DNA of 32,000 bases from Geotalea uraniireducens Rf4 (GCF_000016745.1 NC_009483.1:1380001-1412000), one strand, 5' to 3'. Counted from the stretch's first letter, positions 1 to 9,890 are shown. Notes: generated by a model not told the origin, from the sequence alone. Program-made: numbers and translations.

Positions 1-627
1 AGCGAAGCAGATCTGCTGCTCCTGATCCACAAACTCAATAGCGACCCGAAGATTCACGGCATCCTCATCCAGCTCCCCCTGCCGAAGCAGATCGATACCG
101 AGAAGGTTCTCGAAGCGATCTCGCCGGAAAAGGATGCGGACGGCTTCCACCCTTACAATGTGGGGCGCCTGGTCATCGGCAAGCCGCTCTTCCAGCCCTG
201 CACCCCTTACGGCGTCATGGTCATGCTCAAAGAAGCCGGCGTGGAACTGGCCGGCAAAGAGGTGGTGGTCGTCGGCCGCTCCAACATCGTCGGCAAGCCT
301 GTCGCCTTCATGTGTCTCCAGCAGAACGCGACCGTGACCCTTTGCCACTCAAAGACCCGGGACCTGGCCGCCAAGGTGGGCATGGCCGATGTGGTCATTG
401 CCGCAGTCGGCCAGCCGGAGATGATCAAGGGGGCGTGGATCAAGGAAGGGGCCGTGGTCATCGACGTCGGTGTCAACCGGGTCGGCGAGAAGAAGCTGGT
501 GGGGGATGTGGAATTCGATGCCGCCGCAGAGCGCGCCTCGGCCATAACCCCGGTGCCGGGCGGAGTCGGCCCCATGACCATCACCATGCTCCTTTACAAC
601 ACCCTGGAAGCGGCTAAAAGGCGGTAG
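1..627 (+). CDS. folD: bifunctional methylenetetrahydrofolate dehydrogenase/cyclohydrolase FolD, 5' end cut by window edge
   Basis: Frame 1 is open from base 1 ([68 protein letters not shown]), which are typical FolD motifs. TAG stop at 625-627. Confidence 0.92.
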   Translation, partial: SEADLLLLIHKLNSDPKIHGILIQLPLPKQIDTEKVLEAISPEKDADGFHPYNVGRLVIGKPLFQPCTPYGVMVMLKEAGVELAGKEVVVVGRSNIVGKPVAFMCLQQNATVTLCHSKTRDLAAKVGMADVVIAAVGQPEMIKGAWIKEGAVVIDVGVNRVGEKKLVGDVEFDAAAERASAITPVPGGVGPMTITMLLYNTLEAAKRR

Positions 628-890
628 ATGGTCGGCGGTCGGCAGTCGGTGGTTTGTCTTCCATCGACCATCGACCATCGACCGCCGACCGGTTTTCAAT
701 ATCTGCAACCATCGAAAAGGGCGGTAGCTGGTCGATGGTCGGCAGTCGGTGGTTTGTCTGCCATCGACCGCCGACCGCCGACCGGTTTTTCAATATCTGC
801 AACCATCGAAAAGGGCGGTAGCTGGTCGGTAGTCGGCAGTCGGTGGTTTGTTTGCCATCGACCATCGACTGCCGACCGCCGACCGATTTA
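628..890. repeat. three tandem ~94-100 bp units, each a long hairpin built from 7-bp-phased GGTCGGC/GCCGACC repeats
   Basis: The unit marker GGCGGTAG recurs ending at 627, 727 and 821. Each unit has a heptamer left arm, a short loop, a complementary heptamer right arm and the conserved spacer GTTTT(T)CAATATCTGCAACCATCGAAAAGGGCGGTAG. Confidence 0.85.
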
Positions 891-894
891 AACC

Positions 895-1542
895 ATGATC
901 GTCAGCAAGCAAAAACCCATAGATGAAATCCTTGCCGCACTGGCCGGGGACGGGAAAATCTTTCTCATCGGCTGTGCAAAATGTGCCACGGTCTGCAAGG
1001 CGGGCGGCGAGGAAGAGGTCTGGCAGATGCAGGAAGTCCTGACCTCCGCCGGCAAAGAAGTGACCGGCTCGGTGGTTATCGACGAGGCCTGCCACATGCT
1101 CCGCTCCGGCCGCGACCTGCGCGCCAAAAAGGAAATGGTCGAAGAGGCCGATGCGCTCCTGGTGCTGGCCTGTGGCGCGGGGATCCAGTCGATCTCCGCC
1201 GGGACGCCGAAAAAGACCGTTGCCGGCCTTGACACCCTCTTTCTCGGCAATATCCGCCGGTTCGGCCAGTTCGAGCAGAAATGTTCCCTCTGCGGCGAAT
1301 GCATTCTGACCGAGACCGGCTGTATCTGTCCGGTGACGGTATGTCCCAAGGGTCTCCTCAATGGCCCGTGCGGGGGGATGGACTCTGGTCACTGCGAGAC
1401 CGACCCGGAAAAGGAGTGCGTCTGGTTTCAGATTTATGAACGCCTTCAGGCCCAGGGAACCGTGGAAAAACTGAAGAAAACGGTGCCGCAGAAAGACTTT
1501 TCGAAGATGCTCAAGCCGGGTAAATTGGGGATCGGAAAATAA
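895..1542 (+). CDS. metV: MetV-like partner of methylenetetrahydrofolate reductase (Cys-rich MTHFR C-terminal-domain protein)
   Basis: 215-aa ORF with Cys motifs (GCAKCATVC, CSLCGECIL..GCICPVTVCPKGLLNGPCGG) as in acetogen MetV. It lies immediately upstream of metF. No obvious SD, because the repeat array ends about 10 nt upstream. Confidence 0.75.
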   Translation: MIVSKQKPIDEILAALAGDGKIFLIGCAKCATVCKAGGEEEVWQMQEVLTSAGKEVTGSVVIDEACHMLRSGRDLRAKKEMVEEADALLVLACGAGIQSISAGTPKKTVAGLDTLFLGNIRRFGQFEQKCSLCGECILTETGCICPVTVCPKGLLNGPCGGMDSGHCETDPEKECVWFQIYERLQAQGTVEKLKKTVPQKDFSKMLKPGKLGIGK

Positions 1543-1550
1543 CGGATACT

Positions 1551-2444
1551 ATGACTTCCACATTGCAATCAAAACTCGCATCCGGCCGCTTCGTCCTGAC
1601 AGCCGAGGTCTGCCCCCCCAAGGGGAGCGACTGCGCGGATTTTCTGGAAAAATCCCGGAAACTATCCGGTTTGGTGGACGCCATCAATGTCACCGACAAC
1701 CAGGGCGCGACCATGCGCATCTCCCCCCTTGCGGCCGCTGCACTGCTGGTACGGGAAGGGATAGAGCCGATCTTCCAGATCACCTGCCGCGACAGAAACC
1801 GCCTGGCCCTGCAAAGCGACCTCCTCGGCGCTGCTGCCCTGGGTATAGAGAATGTACTGGCCCTTACCGGCGATCACATCTCATTTGGCGATCACTGTGC
1901 CGGCAAACCGGTCTTCGACCTGGATTCTGTTCAGCTGCTGCAAGCCATCAAAGGGCTGGGGGCGGGGCAGGATCTGGCCGGGAAGTCGGTCACCGGAGCA
2001 CCGGCGTTCTTTGTCGGGGCGGCTGCCGCACCCGAAGCGGAACCATTTCCCCTGACTTTCTACAAGCTGGAAAAAAAAGTGGCGGCAGGGGCGCAATTTT
2101 TCCAGACCCAGGCAATCTTCGACCCGGAACGGCTGCGCCTTTTCTCTGAGGCGGTCAGACCGCTCAAGGTCAAAGTGATAGCGGGGATACTCCTCCTCAA
2201 GTCAGCCGGGATGGCGCGTTTCGTCACCAACAACATTCCTGGCCTGAAGGTACCGGCCCCCTTGATAGAAGAGCTGGAAGCGGCTGCCGATCCGCTGGCT
2301 GCCGGGGTAGCCATTGCCGGACGGCTCGCGGCTGCCTGCAAACCATATTGCGACGGCCTCCATTTCATGGCCATGGGGAGGGAAGACCTGATCCCGGAAA
2401 TATTAAAGGCAGTCGGTGGTCGGTGGTCGGCAGTCGGCAGTTAA
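1551..2444 (+). CDS. metF: methylenetetrahydrofolate reductase, short MetF type
   Basis: 297-aa ORF (..AINVTDNQGATMRISPL..FQITCRDRNR..ENVLALTGD..FFQTQAIFD), MTHFR family. The last ~14 codons and the TAA stop lie inside the downstream repeat. Confidence 0.85.
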   Translation: MTSTLQSKLASGRFVLTAEVCPPKGSDCADFLEKSRKLSGLVDAINVTDNQGATMRISPLAAAALLVREGIEPIFQITCRDRNRLALQSDLLGAAALGIENVLALTGDHISFGDHCAGKPVFDLDSVQLLQAIKGLGAGQDLAGKSVTGAPAFFVGAAAAPEAEPFPLTFYKLEKKVAAGAQFFQTQAIFDPERLRLFSEAVRPLKVKVIAGILLLKSAGMARFVTNNIPGLKVPAPLIEELEAAADPLAAGVAIAGRLAAACKPYCDGLHFMAMGREDLIPEILKAVGGRWSAVGS

Positions 2445-2554
2445 ATTAAAGGCAGTCGGTGGTCGGCAGTCGGCAGTTAAGTCTATTGGATTTTACTGCC
2501 GACCGCCGACCGCCGACCGCCGTCCGCCGACCGCCGACCGCCGACCGCCGACCG
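2402..2554. repeat. heptamer-phased hairpin element: two tandem left arms plus an 8x CCGACCG right arm
   Basis: ATTAAAGGCAGTCGGTGGTCGG..CAGTCGGCAGTTAA occurs at 2402-2444 and again, one heptamer shorter, at 2445-2480. Eight consecutive CCG(A/T)CCG heptamers run from 2499 to 2554 and are complementary to the left arms. Confidence 0.85.
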
Positions 2555-2576
2555 AATTTAAAAAAGGAGTTCATAT

Positions 2577-3458
2577 ATGCAGGTAAAAAAAGCGATATTC
2601 CCCGTTGCCGGACTTGGTACACGGTTTCTTCCCGCCACCAAATCTACTCCCAAAGAGATGCTTCCCCTCATCGACAAGCCCCTGGTGCAGTACGTTGTTG
2701 AAGAGGCGGTGGCTTCCGGCATCGAGCAGATTCTGTTCGTGACCGGCCGAAGCAAGCGGGCCATTGAAGATCATTTCGACATTTCCTTCGAGCTTGAATC
2801 GCTCCTCTACGATAAGGGGAAGGATGCGGAACTTTCCCAGATCCGTGAAATTGCCGATATGATCAATATCTTCTACGTGCGGCAGAAACAGGCTCTCGGC
2901 CTCGGTCACGCCATTCTCTGCGCCAAGGAGTTTGTCGGCAACGAGCCGTTTGCCGTCCTGCTCGGCGATGACATCATCGACGCGGAGAAACCTTGCCTCG
3001 GCCAGCTGCTGGAGGTTTACCGGAAGTATCGCGGGCCGGTCCTCGCCCTGGAGCAGGTTCCCATGGAGAACATCTCTTCCTATGGCTGCGTCAAGGCCAA
3101 TACCATCTCCGAGCGGGTTTTTGAAGTGGTGGACATGGTGGAAAAACCGAAGAGGGAAGAGGCACCGTCGGACCTGGCCATCATCGGCCGTTACATCCTC
3201 ACCCCCGATATTTTCCCGATCCTGGAGCGACAGGAGCCGGGGAAGGGGGGGGAAATCCAGCTTACCGACGCCATTAAAAAACTGGCAAATGATGAGGCCA
3301 TCTACGGCTGCCGCTTTGAAGGCATCCGTCACGACTGCGGCGACAAGCTGGGCTTTCTCAAGGCCACGGTGGATATGGCTCTGAAGCGGGAAGAGTTCAA
3401 CGGCGAGTTCGAAGCGTTCCTGCGGCAAAGGCTAGGAGTCTGTCGGACTCAGGAGTGA
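2577..3458 (+). CDS. galU: UTP--glucose-1-phosphate uridylyltransferase
   Basis: 293-aa ORF with N-terminus KAIFPVAGLGTRFLPATKSTPKEMLP and VEKP motif. AAGGAG SD at 2565-2570. Confidence 0.92.
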   Translation: MQVKKAIFPVAGLGTRFLPATKSTPKEMLPLIDKPLVQYVVEEAVASGIEQILFVTGRSKRAIEDHFDISFELESLLYDKGKDAELSQIREIADMINIFYVRQKQALGLGHAILCAKEFVGNEPFAVLLGDDIIDAEKPCLGQLLEVYRKYRGPVLALEQVPMENISSYGCVKANTISERVFEVVDMVEKPKREEAPSDLAIIGRYILTPDIFPILERQEPGKGGEIQLTDAIKKLANDEAIYGCRFEGIRHDCGDKLGFLKATVDMALKREEFNGEFEAFLRQRLGVCRTQE

Positions 3459-3487
3459 ATTACGATCCCCTAAGTCCGACAGGCTCC
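3435..3487. terminator. hairpin between convergent galU and the TonB-family gene (no U tract)
   Basis: GGAGTCTGTCGGACT (3435-3449) pairs with AGTCCGACAGGCTCC (3473-3487): 15 bp with one mismatch and a 23-nt loop. The left arm overlaps the last galU codons. Confidence 0.4.
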
Positions 3488-3504
3488 TGCTGCTGAGGCA
3501 GCGG

Positions 3505-4353
3505 CTAATGGAGGGTTCCGCTGATCCCTCCCCTGGTTATCCCGTACTGGAAGAAGGCGATCAGGTTGAAGGTGTCCTTGGTGTACCCCTTGGGGAATGA
3601 GCCGATCCGCCCTATCTGGTGCAAGGTGCGCAAGACTTCATCATCAAGGATTTTGCTCCCGGAACTCTGCAGGATTTCCACATTTACAATCTCGCCTTTT
3701 CTGTTAAAGGTTATCTTTACCGGCGTTACTCCCTGGATTCCCATCCGGGCGGCTTCCGGCGGATAGCGCCAGACCCCGTACACTGCGGTCTCGAAGCGGC
3801 GCAGAAACGAGCCGAAGAGGATGTCGTCGGAATTGAGAAACTTCGTTTCCCCTTCCTCCACCTCAGACCCGTATTTTTTGCGGTAACTCTCCTCAAGCTT
3901 GGCCATTTTCCCAGGACTTGGAAAAAGCTTTGAGATGTCCGGGACTTTCCGCTCCTTGGGCTTGAACAGGCTTTCCCCTGGCGGGGCTTCTTTCTGTGGT
4001 GCTTCTCCCCTCTCCACAGGTTGCTGCGGCATCCTTCTTTCTCCGATCTGCGGTTGTCGCGGCATGATGTGGGCAGGGGGGGGGGCGATTTTCTCCACTT
4101 CCCGCTCACCTTTCGGCGCCATCTCCTTTGCCACCCGTTCCCTTTTCTCCGCGAGCCGCTTTGCCTCTTTTTCTTCCTTGGGCGGGGCGGCTTTTTGCTC
4201 GGGCAGATCCCGCAACTCGACCATGTACGGTTCCTGCTTGATCGTCTTTTTTTCCTGGGGGAGAAATATGAAAAGGGCGAATACCGCCACATGGAGAAGG
4301 ACGGAAAACACCAGTAGGTAGAGAAAAGCTTTTTCGATGTATTTGTCGGACAT
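3505..4353 (-). CDS. energy transducer TonB-family protein
   Basis: 282 aa: N-terminal TM helix, Pro/Glu/Lys-rich spacer, and a C-terminal TonB_C-like domain (..YPPEAARMGIQGVTPVKITFNRKGEIVNVEILQSSGSKILDDEVLRTL..). Confidence 0.85.
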   Translation of the reverse strand: MSDKYIEKAFLYLLVFSVLLHVAVFALFIFLPQEKKTIKQEPYMVELRDLPEQKAAPPKEEKEAKRLAEKRERVAKEMAPKGEREVEKIAPPPAHIMPRQPQIGERRMPQQPVERGEAPQKEAPPGESLFKPKERKVPDISKLFPSPGKMAKLEESYRKKYGSEVEEGETKFLNSDDILFGSFLRRFETAVYGVWRYPPEAARMGIQGVTPVKITFNRKGEIVNVEILQSSGSKILDDEVLRTLHQIGRIGSFPKGYTKDTFNLIAFFQYGITRGGISGTLH

Positions 4354-4442
4354 TAATCTCTGTTGGACAACTTTTGGAGTTTTTCAGCCGGAGGTTTGGA
4401 TAGAAACATTGTAAGCCGGTAGACCTTAAAATGCAAACCGGA

Positions 4443-5033
4443 TCAAAACCTGGGGAAGAATGTCTGATAGAGGAGGGCTGCGCCAAAAAGCAGAAAGAGG
4501 CAGCCTGCTGCCCTATGGATATACGACAGCGGGACATGGCGGGTAAGCTGCCGGCCGATGAAGATGCCTATCAGCGAAACCGTCCAGAGGGCCAGGGTCG
4601 AACCGGTGAATACGGCAAAGGGCGACTCGTGCTGCGCAGCCAGGCTGGTGGTGACCAACTGTGTCTTGTCGCCCAGTTCCGCCAAGAGGATCATGGTAAA
4701 TGATTTTGCGATCGGTCCCCTTGCGCTAAAGCGCTTTTCCTCGGCCTCTTCCTCGTCATCATCATTGCCTGCGGCGCGCAGGGTGGTAACGCCGAAGAAG
4801 AGAAACAGCGCAGCGGAGACGATCTTGATCCAGAAAATGGGGAGAAAGGCGAACAGCACCTTGCCGACCAGCACGGCTCCCACGTTTAACAAGGCGAAGG
4901 CGGCGGCGATGCCGATAAAGATCTTTTTCCATGGATATCTGGTGGCGAGCGCCATGGCGGTCAGCTGGGTCTTGTCACCCAGTTCCGCCAGAAAGATGAT
5001 GCCGAAGGTGCTGAAGAATACAGTTGAATTCAT
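4443..5033 (-). CDS. UPF0016 / GDT1 (TMEM165) family cation transporter
   Basis: Two copies of the E-x-G-D-K-T signature (AELGDKTQL twice) separated by an acidic loop. I start at the internal ATG 5033 (MNSTVFF..) because an AGGAG SD precedes it. The track ORF extends to 5153. Confidence 0.85.
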   Translation of the reverse strand: MNSTVFFSTFGIIFLAELGDKTQLTAMALATRYPWKKIFIGIAAAFALLNVGAVLVGKVLFAFLPIFWIKIVSAALFLFFGVTTLRAAGNDDDEEEAEEKRFSARGPIAKSFTMILLAELGDKTQLVTTSLAAQHESPFAVFTGSTLALWTVSLIGIFIGRQLTRHVPLSYIHRAAGCLFLLFGAALLYQTFFPRF

Positions 5034-5246
5034 TAAAGCTCCTGATATGTTTGCGGATGGTAAAAGATTGCCCGAAAAATTGCAAGAGGGGATTTGTCTG
5101 CGTCTTTTTGCGGCAGCCGCAGCTTTTGCACAAATTAGCGGGCAAAAGTGCACGGGTGTGATTAAATATTGTGCAAATGCTGACCGATAAAGCGAATGTT
5201 TTTGTCTGTGGAAATAAAAAGTCCGTCATTTCAGCTTGTTAGCAGT

Positions 5247-5262
5247 TGGCATGGTCAATGCT
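5247..5262 (+). promoter_or_regulatory. sigma-54 (-24/-12) promoter candidate for nifHDK
   Basis: TGGCATGGTCAATGCT compared with consensus TGGCACG-N4-TTGCW. GG and GC have the correct spacing. It lies ~160 nt upstream of the nifH ATG. Confidence 0.6.
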
Positions 5263-5334
5263 AAAGTAAAGCCATACATCATAGCGATGATCTGAATACG
5301 CTGCGGTATTCGACTATTATATGTCACAGGCAAA

Positions 5335-6292
<958 letters not shown>

Positions 6293-6378
6293 TCTGGTGA
6301 TTTAGGGGCGCGGTTGCTGCGTCTAGGGCGGGGTAACCTTGCCCTTACGGATGGACCAATATTACAGAGGAGTTTCTT

Positions 6379-7818
6379 ATGTCCAATGCGATAAAGAAAA
6401 TAGAAGGAATTACCAAAGAATCTACCCAGGAGATGATTGATAAGGCTCTTGAGGTATATCCCGAGAAGGCTAAGAAGAAAAGGGTTCCCCACCTGGCCCC
6501 CAACGACGGCGTGAGCGCCTGCGTGAAATCCAACCGGAAAACCGTACCCGGCGTCATGAGCGCCCGCGGCTGCGCCTATGCAGGCGCCAAAGGGGTGGTC
6601 TGGGGACCGATCCGCGACATGGTCCACGTTTCCCACGGTCCGGTCGGCTGCGGCTGGTATTCATGGGGCACCCGGCGCAACCTGATGACCGGCATCAACG
6701 GGGTCAACCAGTTCGCCATGCAGTTCACCTCCGACTTCCAGGAAAAAGACATCGTCTACGGCGGCGACAAGAAGCTGAAGACCCTGCTTCAGGAGGCCCA
6801 CGAGCTTTTCCCCCTGGCAAAAGGGATTTCGGTCCTTTCCGAATGCCCGGTCGGCCTGATTGGCGACGACATAAACTCGGTGGCCAAGCAGTCCTCCAAG
6901 GAGCTGGATATCCCCATCATCCCCTGTAACTGCGAAGGTTTCCGCGGCGTTTCCCAGTCGCTGGGTCACCACATCTCCAACGACACGATCCGCGACCACA
7001 TCATCGGCACGCGGGAATTCGCAGAACCCGAGACACCCTATGACATCGCCCTCATCGGCGACTATAACATCGGCGGCGACGTCTGGTCGGTCAAGCCGCT
7101 TCTCGAAGAGATCGGCCTCAACGTCAAGGCAGTCTGGACCGGCGACGGCGAGCTGGAAAAAATCGCCGCCACCCACAAGGTAAAACTGAACATCATCCAC
7201 TGCTACCGCTCCATGAACTACATGTGCCGGGTGATGGAAGAGAAGTACGGCATCCCCTGGCTGGAGTTCAACTTTTTCGGCCCGACCAAGATCAGGGAGA
7301 GCCTGCGCGCCATTGCCGAGCGTTTCGACGACAAGATCAAGGAAAACGTGGAGCGGGTGATCGCCAAGTACGACCCGATCATGCAGGCGGTGATCGACGA
7401 ATACCGTCCCCGTCTGGAAGGGAAGAAGGTCATGCTCTACGTCGGCGGTCTTCGTCCCCGTCATACGGTCAATGCCTACGCTGACCTGGGGATGGTGGTT
7501 GTCGGTTCCGGCTACGAATTCGCCCACGGCGACGACTACGAGCGTACCTCGCCGGAAATGCCTGAAGCGACGGTCATCTACGACGACGCATCCGAACACG
7601 AACTGGAGGAGTTTGTCAACACCCTTCGCCCCGACCTGGTGGGGAGCGGTATCAAGGAAAAATACCTGTTCCAGAAGATGGGCGTTCCCTTCCGTCAGAT
7701 GCACAGCTGGGATTACTCCGGCCCGTACCACGCCTACAACGGCTTCCCGATCTTTGCCCGGGACGTTGATATGGCGGTGAACAGTCCGACTTGGAAACTG
7801 GTCAAGTCGCCGTTCTGA
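6379..7818 (+). CDS. nifD: nitrogenase molybdenum-iron protein alpha chain NifD
   Basis: 479 aa, with ..[34 protein letters not shown].. and HCYRSMNY motifs typical of NifD. Confidence 0.95.
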   Translation: MSNAIKKIEGITKESTQEMIDKALEVYPEKAKKKRVPHLAPNDGVSACVKSNRKTVPGVMSARGCAYAGAKGVVWGPIRDMVHVSHGPVGCGWYSWGTRRNLMTGINGVNQFAMQFTSDFQEKDIVYGGDKKLKTLLQEAHELFPLAKGISVLSECPVGLIGDDINSVAKQSSKELDIPIIPCNCEGFRGVSQSLGHHISNDTIRDHIIGTREFAEPETPYDIALIGDYNIGGDVWSVKPLLEEIGLNVKAVWTGDGELEKIAATHKVKLNIIHCYRSMNYMCRVMEEKYGIPWLEFNFFGPTKIRESLRAIAERFDDKIKENVERVIAKYDPIMQAVIDEYRPRLEGKKVMLYVGGLRPRHTVNAYADLGMVVVGSGYEFAHGDDYERTSPEMPEATVIYDDASEHELEEFVNTLRPDLVGSGIKEKYLFQKMGVPFRQMHSWDYSGPYHAYNGFPIFARDVDMAVNSPTWKLVKSPF

Positions 7819-7827
7819 CGGTTTGCT

Positions 7828-7906
7828 CCCCCCTTTGAGAAAGGGGGGTGGGGGGGATTTGATTTGAGACGCTAAATCCCCCTAAATCCCCCTTTCTTAA
7901 AGGGGG
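7828..7906. repeat. three consecutive C5-6TTT..AAAG5-6 hairpins in the nifD-nifK spacer
   Basis: CCCCCCTTT-GAG-AAAGGGGGG (7828-7848); GGGGGATTT..AAATCCCCC (7852-7882); CCCCCTTT-CTT-AAAGGGGG (7888-7906). TAAATCCCCC occurs twice. Confidence 0.7.
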
Positions 7907-7960
7907 ACTTTAATCACCGGCGGTTTGACAGATTAGTCACCTGCCGAAAGGAGAATTGAT

Positions 7961-9424
7961 ATGACTGCAGAAGCTGCTGTGAAATATGTAACCGAAATAC
8001 CCGAAGAAGAAGTAAAACGGGTAGCGGAATGGATCAATACCGAGGAGTACAAGGAGAAGAACTTCGCCCGCCAGGCGCTGGTGATCAACCCGCCCCATGC
8101 CTGCCAGCCGCTGGGGGCCGAACTGGCAGCCCACGGCTTCGAGGGGACACTTCCCTTCGTCCACGGTTCCCAGGGGTGCGCTTCCTACTACCGCTCAACC
8201 CTCAACCGCCACTTCCGCGAGCCGGCGCCGGCGGTGTCCGATTCCATGACCGAGGACGGCGCGGTGTTCGGTGGCCAGAACAACCTCCACGAGGCACTGG
8301 AAAACGCCTACACCATATACAAGCCGAAGATGATGGCGATCTTCACCTCCTGCATGCCGGAGATCATCGGCGACGACCTGACCGCCTTCATCAAGAACGC
8401 CAGGAACAAGGAGTGCGTGCCGCAGGATTTCCCGCTTCCCTACGCCAACACCCCGAGCTTCAACGGCTCCCATATCCACGGCTACGATGCGATGCTTCTT
8501 TCCATCCTCCAGACCCTCACCGAAGGGAAACAGGTGGAAGGCCGCTGCACAGGCAAGCTTAACCTGATTCCAGGTTTTGATGCCAACACCGGCAACTACC
8601 GGGAGTACAAGCGGATTCTGAAGGAATTCGGCATTCCCTACACCATGCTGGCCGATATTTCCGAAACCTTCGATTCGCCCTTGGACGGCACCTACCGCAC
8701 CTACCCCGGCGGAACCAAGCTCGACGACGCGGCGGATTCCATCAACGGCAAGGCGACCTTGACCCTCGGCCCCTACGCCACTGCCAAGACCTTTACCTGG
8801 ATCAAGGACAATTTCTCCGGCAAGCACGTCTCCATGCCGACCCCGTTCGGCGTCGAGAAGACCGATGCCCTGCTGCTGAAACTTTCCGAGCTGTTCGGCA
8901 AGCCGGTTCCCGAGTCATTGAAGGCTGAGCGTGGCCGGGCTGTGGATGCCATAACCGATGCCCACCAGTACATCCACGGCAAGAAATTTGCCCTCTACGG
9001 CGACCCCGATTACCTGATGGGTTACGTGTCCTTTCTCCTGGAAGTGGGGGCCAAGCCGTACCACATCCTCTGCAGCAAAGGGACCAAGAAGGTGGAGAAA
9101 GAGCTGCAGGCGCTCCTCGACTCTTCCCAGGACGGCAAGGATGGCAAGATTTACATCAACAAGGACCTTTGGCACATGCGGAGCCTCCTAATGACAGATC
9201 CGGTCGATGCCATCATCGGCGACACCCACGGCAAATTCGCTGCCCGTGACGCCAACATCCCGCTCTTCCGTTTCGGCTTCCCGAACTTTGACCGGGTCAA
9301 CCTGCACCGCTACCCGCTGATCGGCTATCAGGGTGTGATCAACATGATGACGACGATCTGTAACAAGTTCATCGAAATCAGGGATGAGACGTGTGAAGAA
9401 CGGCACTTCGAGATGATGCGGTAG
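7961..9424 (+). CDS. nifK: nitrogenase molybdenum-iron protein beta chain NifK
   Basis: 487 aa, ..ALVINPPHACQPLGA..VHGSQGCASY..FTSCMPEIIGDD.. AAGGAG SD upstream. Confidence 0.95.
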   Translation: MTAEAAVKYVTEIPEEEVKRVAEWINTEEYKEKNFARQALVINPPHACQPLGAELAAHGFEGTLPFVHGSQGCASYYRSTLNRHFREPAPAVSDSMTEDGAVFGGQNNLHEALENAYTIYKPKMMAIFTSCMPEIIGDDLTAFIKNARNKECVPQDFPLPYANTPSFNGSHIHGYDAMLLSILQTLTEGKQVEGRCTGKLNLIPGFDANTGNYREYKRILKEFGIPYTMLADISETFDSPLDGTYRTYPGGTKLDDAADSINGKATLTLGPYATAKTFTWIKDNFSGKHVSMPTPFGVEKTDALLLKLSELFGKPVPESLKAERGRAVDAITDAHQYIHGKKFALYGDPDYLMGYVSFLLEVGAKPYHILCSKGTKKVEKELQALLDSSQDGKDGKIYINKDLWHMRSLLMTDPVDAIIGDTHGKFAARDANIPLFRFGFPNFDRVNLHRYPLIGYQGVINMMTTICNKFIEIRDETCEERHFEMMR

Positions 9425-9488
9425 AAGCGGTAAGTTGGGGAGGGTGAGAAGTTGAAAACTCTTCGCTTATGAGGAAAATAGATTAAAA

Positions 9489-9522
9489 GGGGCACTCCGA
9501 AAACAGGAGTGCCCCTTTTTTT
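9489..9522 (+). terminator. rho-independent terminator of nifHDK
   Basis: GGGGCACTCC, loop GAAAACA, GGAGTGCCCC, then TTTTTTT. Perfect 10-bp GC-rich stem. Confidence 0.85.
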
Positions 9523-9854
9523 ATTTATCATGCTGTTAGTTACAGTAATGCTGTTTTTACAAATTACTTTGCTTGACAAGAATTAATCGATGGGTGCATA
9601 TGATTTGCTAACGACATAATTATGGCTGGTGGCTAATGAATCACGTTGGGAAAAATTGCTTCTGTTCAGGCCGGTTATTCGTTCCGTTCGCGACTTGAGT
9701 CGATGAATGAGGGTGCAGTTGCCGTAATCCGGATGAAAGACCTGACAAGCGCAAACCCTCAACATTTCTGAAACATTTATAACCAGCATCAGCGTTGTCC
9801 GGTTTGGTTTGTGCATCAAGGTTGTTAAGCCCCATTAGGGGCGTTCGAATGTAG

Positions 9855-9890
9855 CCGGGGGATTCATCCCCCGGCCTGGAGTTTGGACAT
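9855..9890. repeat. inner inverted repeat, left copy (hairpin CCGGGGGATTCATCCCCCGG + CCTGGAGTTTGGACAT)
   Basis: 36 nt, reverse-complementary to 11701-11736 except for the two central loop bases. The 20-nt hairpin part is identical in direct orientation at both sites. Confidence 0.8.

Noticed and set aside
628-890. Possible CRISPR array (regular repeats)
   Set aside because: The units are complete ~94-100-bp repeats including the 'spacer' part, so there are no unique spacers. The repeats are internally palindromic heptamer arrays. No cas genes are present.
5034-5230. Looked for a yybP-ykoY (Mn2+) riboswitch upstream of the UPF0016/GDT1 gene, which often carries one
   Set aside because: The minus-strand leader lacks the conserved GGGGAGUAG-type core. 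A similar string (AGAGGGGA) occurs only on the wrong strand. A covariance-model search would be the definitive test.
6661-7731. 356-aa minus-strand ORF
   Set aside because: It is antisense to nifD, which is unambiguous. The composition is that of a shadow ORF.
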